Positions 8,928-15,874 of a DNA stretch of 64,000 nucleotides are shown in pieces. The notes beneath the pieces were generated by a model, which was given only the letters and a program-made list of their open reading frames with translations, had not been told where the DNA came from and made no database searches. The stretch lies in assembly GCA_018824145.1 (NCBI GenBank), contig JAHJHC010000090.1, forward strand, positions 349 through 64,348. Direction: 5' to 3'. The translations under genes were made by a program, and so were the position numbers. Within the stretch, counting starts at the first letter, position 1; the number at the start of each line of letters is the position of its first letter. This DNA is from Candidatus Omnitrophota bacterium (GTDB lineage Bacteria > Omnitrophota > Gorgyraeia > Gorgyraeales > Gorgyraeaceae).

Positions 8928-10640
8928 TTACCCATACTCCTTTGTCTCCCTCAACACCTCTTCAAGACTAGTCACACCTTCTTTAATTTTAGCTATGGCA
9001 TTTTCGCGTAATGTTTTCATACCGCCTTCCCGAGCAGCATTTCGAATCGCTGCAGAACTGGCGCGCCTGATTACCAACTCCCTTGTTTTATCATCCATAA
9101 TCAATAATTCATATATACCGATACGGCCTTTATATCCTGAGCTATTACACTCTGAACATCCTTCGCCTTTATAAAACTCTATCTGCCTAGCATCCTCATC
9201 TGAAATGCCTAGTTCAGATAATTCGTGTTTCAACGGCTTATATGCCTTTTTACATTTTTGGCATATCACCCTTAAAAGCCTCTGTGCAATAACTGCCCTG
9301 AGAGTAGACCCTATTAAGTAAGGCTCTATTCCCATATCCATAAGTCTTGTTACTGCACCCGGGGCATCATTAGTATGCAGGGTACTGAAAACCAGGTGCC
9401 CGGTTAAAGCAGATTGTATAGATATCTGGGCTGTCTCCGAATCCCTTATCTCGCCTACCATCAAAATATCAGGGTCCTGCCTTAACATATGCCGTAATGT
9501 CTTTGCAAATGTAAGTTCTATTTTAGGATTAACCGCTATCTGTATAATACCCTCTATATCATACTCGACAGGATCTTCAGCTGTGATAATTTTAAACTCT
9601 ACTTTATTTATCTCTCGCAGACATGAATATAAGGTCGTGGTCTTCCCGCTGCCCGTAGGCCCTGTGGTCAACAAAATCCCATTCGGCCTGTGTATGACCT
9701 TTCTAAGGTTTGATTTGATAACATCCTCCATCCCAAGCTGGTCTAACGACAGGCTCACTACGCTCTTATCTAAGACCCTCATAACAATACTCTCGCCATA
9801 GAGAGTCGGAAGAGTAGATACGCGAAGGTCAACACCCTTACCGCCGATATCCATCATGATCCTGCCGTCTTGCGGGAGCCTAGTCTCAGCAACATCCAAA
9901 TTCGCCATGACCTTTATTCTGGAACCTACTGCAAGAGACAGGACTTTTGGCGGATGGGCAGCATCATAACAGACACCGTCTATTCTATACCTTATCTTAT
10001 AATCCTTCTCAAATGGTTCAAAGTGTATGTCTGAGGCCTTTTCTCTTATTGCCCTTAAGAGTATCATATTTAACAATTTTACGACCGGTGCCTGTTGCGC
10101 GATCTCTTTCAGTTTATCAACATCACCGGTTTCTTTAACAATAGTCTTACTGGATGTCTTTTTTGCCTCATCTATGACATCGCCAAGGGATTCTTCCTCT
10201 TCTCCGCCGTAGTAACGCTCGATAGACTTCTTTATATCGCTATCTTTTGCAATAACCATTTTTATACTGAACCCTGTCACAAAGCGCAACTCGTCTACGA
10301 GCTTCATATTAAGAGGATCTGAAACAGCGACGACTATAACTCCTTCCTCGACCTTTAGCGGCACTATATTATAAAATTTTGCGGTTGAGGATGATATCTT
10401 ATTAATAGCACCCCTTTCGATGTTTACCTTGCCAATGTCGACTATCTCTAAACTCAGCCAGTCCGCCACCGTACTCAATAAAACATCTTCGGTTATATAC
10501 CCATGGCCGACCAAAATCTTAAATATATCTTTCCCTGTCTTTTTTTCCTCTATGGTGGCCTCATCGATGATCTCGGGAGTCAGTAATTTTTTATCGATAA
10601 GTTTTTTAAACAATAGGTTGTATTGCACCTTGTCACGCAT
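8928..10640 (-). CDS. gspE: GspE/PilB-family type II secretion / type IV pilus assembly ATPase (paralog 1)
   Basis: 570 aa. GspE N-terminal domain. Walker A TGPTGSGKTTTLYS, Asp box and His box. Tetracysteine CQKC...CSEC zinc motif. Confidence 0.9.
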   Translation of the reverse strand: MRDKVQYNLLFKKLIDKKLLTPEIIDEATIEEKKTGKDIFKILVGHGYITEDVLLSTVADWLSLEIVDIGKVNIERGAINKISSSTAKFYNIVPLKVEEGVIVVAVSDPLNMKLVDELRFVTGFSIKMVIAKDSDIKKSIERYYGGEEEESLGDVIDEAKKTSSKTIVKETGDVDKLKEIAQQAPVVKLLNMILLRAIREKASDIHFEPFEKDYKIRYRIDGVCYDAAHPPKVLSLAVGSRIKVMANLDVAETRLPQDGRIMMDIGGKGVDLRVSTLPTLYGESIVMRVLDKSVVSLSLDQLGMEDVIKSNLRKVIHRPNGILLTTGPTGSGKTTTLYSCLREINKVEFKIITAEDPVEYDIEGIIQIAVNPKIELTFAKTLRHMLRQDPDILMVGEIRDSETAQISIQSALTGHLVFSTLHTNDAPGAVTRLMDMGIEPYLIGSTLRAVIAQRLLRVICQKCKKAYKPLKHELSELGISDEDARQIEFYKGEGCSECNSSGYKGRIGIYELLIMDDKTRELVIRRASSAAIRNAAREGGMKTLRENAIAKIKEGVTSLEEVLRETKEYG

Positions 10641-10642
10641 AA

Positions 10643-12295
10643 CTATTGGGTCACCCTCATTACCTCTTGAATAGTCGTATAGCCCCTCTTGACTTTTTCC
10701 AAGCCGTCTTCCTTTAAGGTCCTGAATCCGGACGCTTTTGCGCTCCTCAATATCTCAGAGCTTGGGATATCATTCAAAACCATATCTCTTACCTTATCAC
10801 TTAATGTCAAAAGCTCAAATATACCAATCCTTCCTTTGAATCCAGTAAAATTACAGCTCGGACACCCTTTGCCTTTAAATAGCTCTAAATCCTTTGTCTC
10901 TTCCGGTGTTAAAGAAAGGATCGTTTTTTCCTCTTCACTGATTTTATATGCCTCTCTGCACGAAGGACATATTGTCCTGACTAACCTCTGAGCCAAGATC
11001 CCTTGAACCGTAGAAGCAACAAGATAAGGTTTAATGCCCATATCAACTAGTCTGGTAACAGCACTCACCGCATCATTGGTGTGAAGCGTACTAAAAATCA
11101 AATGGCCTGTGAGGGCAGACTGTATAGCTATCTGTGCGGTCTCCAGGTCTCTTATTTCTCCGACCATTATAATATCCGGCGCCTGCCTCAACATCGACCT
11201 GAGGCCACTAGCAAAGGTAAGGCCGATCTGCGGCTTGACCTGGACCTGATTTATACCGTCCAATTGATATTCAACAGGATCCTCTATGGTAATAACCTTG
11301 CGTTCCTTCTGATTTATCCGGCTAAGAGTAGTGTATAAAGTCGTGGTCTTCCCGCTGCCAGTAGGTCCTGTGACCAGTAACATACCATTAGATAGATTTA
11401 TCAATCTCTCAAAATCCTTCCGCTGGTCCGGCAAAAAACCTAATTCTTCGATCCCTACCAGAAAGCTTGATCTATCAAGTATCCTCATGACAATACTCTC
11501 ACCATGGATACCCGGTAGGCTCGAGACCCTCAAGTCTAAGTCCTTTTTATCAAACATTATCTTTATCCTACCATCCAGAGGGAGCCTCTTTTCTGCTATA
11601 TCCATACCCGCCATGATCTTGACTCTACTAATAACCGACCCCTCTAGTCTCATCGGCGGCCCCTGTACCTCATGTAGAATGCCGTCTATCCTGTAACGCA
11701 CACGGAATTTGGTCTCTAAAGGCTCAAGGTGAATATCACTCGCCCTTCTTTTTACGGCCTCATTTATGATAAGATTCACGAGCTTTATTATTGGGGCATC
11801 CTCTCTGGACTTCACCTCTTTCACCTCATCTGAAAGCCTTCCAAAATCAACAGGTTTATCTTCTTTAGATAGGTAAAACTCTCTTAATGCCTGATCCAAA
11901 TCCTTAGTTCTAAGTAATTCCAGCTCCACACTCATCCCGACTATCTTTTCAATATTCAAAGCTGCAAGAAAATTCAAGGGGTCATCAGTACCCATGAGGA
12001 GCTTATCGGTTTCATGTTTCAATGGGATTATCCTATGAGATAATGCAATGTTCGAAGGCAGGAGATTTGCTGCTTTCTTTTCTATCTTACGGAAGTCTAC
12101 AGCGATGGGCAAAATGCCTATTTGTGAAACAAGGGTCTTACCTACATCCTGGTTCGAAAGATACCCCAACCTGACAAATACACTAGCCAGCCGTTCTTTG
12201 GTCTGGCCTTGCTCTTCAAGGGCATGAGCTATTTGCTTATTGTCCAAAAGACCTATGTTTTTCAGAACTTCTTTTACGATGTCTTGTTTTTTCAT
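10643..12295 (-). CDS. GspE/PilB-family secretion ATPase (paralog 2, tandem)
   Basis: 550 aa. GspE_N-like N-terminus. Walker A TGPTGSGKTTTLYT. CPSC...CPSC zinc motif. Its P-loop region shares 38/42 nt with paralog 1. Confidence 0.9.
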   Translation of the reverse strand: MKKQDIVKEVLKNIGLLDNKQIAHALEEQGQTKERLASVFVRLGYLSNQDVGKTLVSQIGILPIAVDFRKIEKKAANLLPSNIALSHRIIPLKHETDKLLMGTDDPLNFLAALNIEKIVGMSVELELLRTKDLDQALREFYLSKEDKPVDFGRLSDEVKEVKSREDAPIIKLVNLIINEAVKRRASDIHLEPLETKFRVRYRIDGILHEVQGPPMRLEGSVISRVKIMAGMDIAEKRLPLDGRIKIMFDKKDLDLRVSSLPGIHGESIVMRILDRSSFLVGIEELGFLPDQRKDFERLINLSNGMLLVTGPTGSGKTTTLYTTLSRINQKERKVITIEDPVEYQLDGINQVQVKPQIGLTFASGLRSMLRQAPDIIMVGEIRDLETAQIAIQSALTGHLIFSTLHTNDAVSAVTRLVDMGIKPYLVASTVQGILAQRLVRTICPSCREAYKISEEEKTILSLTPEETKDLELFKGKGCPSCNFTGFKGRIGIFELLTLSDKVRDMVLNDIPSSEILRSAKASGFRTLKEDGLEKVKRGYTTIQEVMRVTQ

Positions 12296-12327
12296 AAGAC
12301 AAGTTCTCAGCTTTCTATAATAGGAGA

Positions 12328-12375
12328 TCCCCCACCACTTTGCAAGGATAGCTAAGTCCTTGCAAAGTGGTGGGG
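12328..12375 (-). repeat. perfect 20-bp-stem hairpin (cccccaccactttgcaagga / tccttgcaaagtggtggggg)
   Basis: Seen directly: 20-nt perfect inverted repeat with 8-nt loop, between larB stop and the gspE paralog 2 start. Confidence 0.85.
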
Positions 12376-12389
12376 GATAAGTTCGGGCA

Positions 12390-12424
12390 GATAAGTTACG
12401 TCAATCAAAGATTGACGTAACTTA
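12390..12424 (-). repeat. perfect 16-bp-stem hairpin ataagttacgtcaatc-aaa-gattgacgtaacttat, member of a conserved hairpin family
   Basis: Seen directly. Same architecture and outer-stem sequence as the hairpin upstream of tuf (about 54216-54249), with compensatory inner-stem changes. Confidence 0.85.
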
Positions 12425-12429
12425 TGCCC

Positions 12430-13173
12430 TTACTTATTTATCAAACTCGCAAAATATCCCGCGCCAAAGCCGTTGTCAATATTTACGACGCTAACACCAG
12501 GTGCACAACAGTTCATCATAGTCAATAAAGGCGCTAAGCCCTTGAAACTAGAGCCATACCCTACGCTAGTCGGGACTGCTATAACAGGCCTGTCAGTAAT
12601 ACCTGCGACTACACTCGCAAGGGCCCCTTCCATACCAGCAACCACAATGATGACATTTGCCTTTGAAATTTCAGTAAGCCTATCGAACAGACGATGGATA
12701 CCGGCCACACCTACATCATAAACCGTCTTTACCTTATGCCCCAAAACATCCAACGTCAACCTCGCTTCTTCAGCTACAGGGATATCGCTAGTGCCTGCAG
12801 TGAGAATCAAAACTTTCCTTTTGGTCTTTCGGATCTTTTTCTTTAAATAAATTATCCTTGCCAGCTCATTGTATTTCAATTTCGGGTAGGCCTTTTTTAA
12901 ATATCCGTATAAGGTTTTACTGGCTCTGGTTAATAAGATATGTTTGTCTCTTTTCAGGACATCCTTGAGTATCTTTTTTATATGTTCTGGTTTTTTGCCT
13001 TCACAATACAAAACCTCGCCAAAACCCTTGCGAAGAGATCTGTGATAGTCTAACCGCGCAAAATCCAAGTCTTTATAAGGAAGGTCTTTGAGCTGCTGGT
13101 AAGCCTTGTGTACGGTAATCTTCTTAGCATGCAACTCTCTTAATAATTGTTTTATTGACTGCTGGGAATCCAT
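12430..13173 (-). CDS. larB: LarB-type PurE-like carboxylase (nickel-pincer cofactor biosynthesis LarB family)
   Basis: 247 aa. C-terminal PurE-like domain VIIVVAGMEGALASVVAGITDRPVIAVPTSVGYG...LLTMMNCCAPGVSVVNIDNGFGAG. N-terminal LarB-specific domain. Confidence 0.75.
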   Translation of the reverse strand: MDSQQSIKQLLRELHAKKITVHKAYQQLKDLPYKDLDFARLDYHRSLRKGFGEVLYCEGKKPEHIKKILKDVLKRDKHILLTRASKTLYGYLKKAYPKLKYNELARIIYLKKKIRKTKRKVLILTAGTSDIPVAEEARLTLDVLGHKVKTVYDVGVAGIHRLFDRLTEISKANVIIVVAGMEGALASVVAGITDRPVIAVPTSVGYGSSFKGLAPLLTMMNCCAPGVSVVNIDNGFGAGYFASLINK

Positions 13174-13186
13174 TTTTACGCAAATC

Positions 13187-13519
13187 TTATCTAAAAATAA
13201 AATATAGCGTGATTGCGATCATAAAGAAGGCATAGATATAAAAATCGTTAAAATAGAAGAAATCTTTTATTCGGTCGGAGACAGTGCCGCAGGGACGAGA
13301 CGCATGTCTTTTTTCTTTTGAGCTATATAACTTCGCCCCTGCCTTATTAGAAGGTATCTTTTGACGATAAGAATTCAACTCGTCCACGCGGAATCTCGTG
13401 TAAAGCCCACCTATCTTGTAAGAATTGACCTTGCCATTATCAACGATCTCGTACAATTCGCTTTCCGAGACCTTTAAATAATCAGCCGCTTCTTCAGGAG
13501 TCAGGAATTTCTTCATCAC
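13187..13519 (-). CDS. small HTH (excisionase/MerR-type, HTH_17-like) DNA-binding protein with C-terminal transmembrane helix
   Basis: 110 aa. LTPEEAADYLKVSESELYEIVDNGKVNSYKIGGLYTRFRVDEL HTH. C-terminal FYIYAFFMIAITLYFIF hydrophobic anchor. Confidence 0.6.
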   Translation of the reverse strand: MMKKFLTPEEAADYLKVSESELYEIVDNGKVNSYKIGGLYTRFRVDELNSYRQKIPSNKAGAKLYSSKEKRHASRPCGTVSDRIKDFFYFNDFYIYAFFMIAITLYFIFR

Positions 13520-14041
13520 TTATTTCACTTTTTCTTTCGCTATCCATTCATCAATCGTTGACCTGTCAAATCTCCATTCATTACCTTCTTTAAATGCAGG
13601 GATCTTCCCGGAATCTGCCCAGCTCAAGATATCCGAAGATTCCAATTCCAAATAGCTCGCCAGCTCGTCAACATTAAGAGTAAATGCATCTTTACCTGTA
13701 TAGCTCAACATCTGACACTTTCCCTGCAAGATAGCCCCTGGTTCCACGCTCAAAACAGGTGTCTGGATGTTGCCGACAATATGAGCGTGTGAACAAAGTT
13801 TCAATTGTTTCTTGGCAATGATATTTCCTGTAATCTTTCCCCCTACAATTATTTCCTCGCCATTTATATCCGCACGGATAGAGGCATTCTCTCCTATGGT
13901 AAGGCTACCTTTTGTGTCTAAATTACCTTCGAAGCTCCCATTTATCCTGAGGTTTACAGGATCCTTAAATACAAGTGTTCCCTGCATGCTGGCATCAACA
14001 TCTAGAATTTTCTGCTCAACCCTATCATCCCGTCTAGCCAT
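13520..14041 (-). CDS. bactofilin-domain protein fused to a C-terminal excisionase-type HTH domain
   Basis: 173 aa. Beta-helical bactofilin repeats (LRINGSFEGNLDTKGSLTIGENASIRADINGEEIIVGGKITGNIIAKKQLKL...). C-terminal FTLNVDELASYLELESSDILSWADSGKIPAFKEGNEWRFDRSTIDEWI HTH. Confidence 0.75.
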   Translation of the reverse strand: MARRDDRVEQKILDVDASMQGTLVFKDPVNLRINGSFEGNLDTKGSLTIGENASIRADINGEEIIVGGKITGNIIAKKQLKLCSHAHIVGNIQTPVLSVEPGAILQGKCQMLSYTGKDAFTLNVDELASYLELESSDILSWADSGKIPAFKEGNEWRFDRSTIDEWIAKEKVK

Positions 14042-14073
14042 TTTTCACCCCCCTTATTTAAAATACTTTATAT

Positions 14074-14496
14074 TTAGATATTAATTTTACGTAATACATG
14101 AAGCGCCATCAAAACAATAACAGTCGTTATACAAGCTGCCATGTAAAAACCACAACCCACTGCCAACCCTATACCTGAAACAACCCACAAACTGGCAGCT
14201 GTCGTAAGGCCTGTGATGGATACCCTGGAACGAATAATCGTACCTGCACCCAAAAATCCAATACCAGTTATTACTCCTGCTGCAAGCCTGGCTGGATCTA
14301 CTTGCACACCTCTGGCCACATATAGCTCGAATAAATAAAGGGACGTAAGCATTATAAGCGTAGACCCAAGGCAAACAATGATATGAGTTCTAAAGCCAGC
14401 TGTTTTCTTGTTATGTTTTTCTCTCTCTAAACCTACCAGTCCCCCTAATATCGCCCCTGTTATCAACCGTATAGCTATCTGTATATTATCTATCAT
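14074..14496 (-). CDS. MgtC/SapB-family membrane protein
   Basis: 140 aa. AIRLITGAILGGLVGLEREKHNKKTAGFRTHIIVCLGSTL signature of the MgtC family. Confidence 0.8.
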   Translation of the reverse strand: MIDNIQIAIRLITGAILGGLVGLEREKHNKKTAGFRTHIIVCLGSTLIMLTSLYLFELYVARGVQVDPARLAAGVITGIGFLGAGTIIRSRVSITGLTTAASLWVVSGIGLAVGCGFYMAACITTVIVLMALHVLRKINI

Positions 14497-14520
14497 ATCT
14501 TTCCTCCTATGTGTACTATT

Positions 14521-14800
14521 TTTGACGACAAGTTACAACATTGAGAATTTCCGAGAGGAGGTTTTTCACGAATTGAAAATTTAGCCTTTTATGGAACATT
14601 TTGGCGGTTTATTTGCCACATTCTATGAGGCAAAAAGGGCGGAAACTGTTCGAAGCCGACACAATTTTTGTGTCGGCAAGTTTTTCCGCCCCCGTCAAAA
14701 TGTGGAATAAAAGGCGGTCCCATATGAACATCTTAGTCCATAATGGGAAAATTTTCAGCTGAGTGAAAAACCTCCTCTCGGGAAAAAATTAAATACCATC
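14521..14800 (-). repeat. about 270-bp imperfect palindromic (MITE-like or structured-RNA) element centred near 14666
   Basis: 19-bp perfect outer inverted repeat ccgagaggaggtttttcac (14551-14569) / gtgaaaaacctcctctcgg (14763-14781). Nested inner inverted repeats gggcggaaa...gccgacac / gtgtcggc...tttccgccc share the same symmetry centre. Confidence 0.75.
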
Positions 14801-14849
14801 TATTCTTTTCAAATATTATAACATTTCCACCTAGTTATACGCCTATACA

Positions 14850-15872
14850 TCATAGCGCTGCTGTAATATCTAAACCAGATTCAATTCCTTTCTTATATAG
14901 TCTATAAGCAACGCCCGCTACCATTACGGCATTATCCGAACATAAATCAATCGGCGGGAAATACGCCTTAAAACCTCTAAACATAGACTCTCTTGTAATC
15001 ATCTCTCTGAATCTGGAATTCGCGCTTACCCCTCCTCCGATAACAAGGGTCTTTATCTTATATTTTTCCATGGCCTTTATGGAATTTTTTACAATGACAC
15101 TCAATGCTGCCTCCTGGAAACTTGCAGAAATGTTTCGTGTTTCGTGATCCGTGATCCGTGCCCCGTACGAAAATCTTCGATTTCGTACGGGGCGTGATCC
15201 GTTATCTTTTACATAGTATAAAACCGCGGTTTTAATGCCGCTGAAACTGAAATCAAGACTGCCATTTATAGGCCTGCATATAAATCTGACAGCGTGAGGA
15301 TTGCCTTTTTTAGCGAGCCTGTCTATCACTGGCCCTCCGGGATACCCGAGGCCTAAAATCTTCGCTACCTTATCATAAGCCTCGCCAATCGCATCATCCA
15401 ATGTATCGCCGAGGACTTTAAACACATCAAAATCCTCTACAAGACTTAACCTTGTATGGCCGCCTGATATAACAAGTCCTATAAACGGAAATCGGACTCT
15501 TCTTTCTTGCATTAAAGCTGAATATACATGCGCCTTTAAATGATCTACTGCTATAAGCGGAATATCCAGACTATAAGCCATTGCCTTTGCGCAAGAGATA
15601 CCTGAAAGTAGCGCCCCTACAAGGCCCGGCCCCTGAGTCACTGCTATAGCATCTATATCTTCTATCTGTAAACCCGCCTCATGTAAAGAACGAAAAATAA
15701 CCCTGTCTATATTTTCAACGTGATGCCTGGTAGCTATCTCTGGTATTACTCCACCAAACCTCCTGTGGTACCTCAAACTAGACGAAACCACATTAGACAA
15801 AACGAGCCTACCATTTTTAACAACACTAGCAGCTGTCTCATCACAGGAAGTCTCTATGCCCAGTATAAACAT
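14850..15872 (-). CDS. tsaD: tRNA N6-adenosine threonylcarbamoyltransferase TsaD (Kae1/Gcp family)
   Basis: 340 aa. MFILGIETSCDETAASVV, HxxH metal motif region, FSFSGIKTAV, GGGVSANSRFRE, CSDNAVMVAG. Confidence 0.93.
   Translation of the reverse strand: MFILGIETSCDETAASVVKNGRLVLSNVVSSSLRYHRRFGGVIPEIATRHHVENIDRVIFRSLHEAGLQIEDIDAIAVTQGPGLVGALLSGISCAKAMAYSLDIPLIAVDHLKAHVYSALMQERRVRFPFIGLVISGGHTRLSLVEDFDVFKVLGDTLDDAIGEAYDKVAKILGLGYPGGPVIDRLAKKGNPHAVRFICRPINGSLDFSFSGIKTAVLYYVKDNGSRPVRNRRFSYGARITDHETRNISASFQEAALSVIVKNSIKAMEKYKIKTLVIGGGVSANSRFREMITRESMFRGFKAYFPPIDLCSDNAVMVAGVAYRLYKKGIESGLDITAAL
15159..15190 (-). repeat. in-frame hairpin insertion inside tsaD (12-bp stem ccccgtacgaaa/tttcgtacgggg) flanked by cgtgatccgt direct repeats
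   Basis: Seen directly. The palindrome encodes PVRNRRFSYGA, in a segment about 14 aa longer than the E. coli TsaD equivalent. Direct repeats cgtgatc(cgt) lie on both sides. Confidence 0.8.
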
Positions 15873-15874
15873 GA

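Noticed and set aside
9633-9669. Near-identical 42-nt stretch shared by both gspE paralogs as a mobile repeat
   Set aside because: It encodes the universally conserved P-loop (LTTGPTGSGKTTTLY). Identity is best explained by paralogy or gene conversion, not by an independent repeat element.
14087-14374. 95-aa minus-strand ORF inside mgtC
   Set aside because: Alternative frame of mgtC. Cys/Tyr/Trp-rich and non-protein-like.
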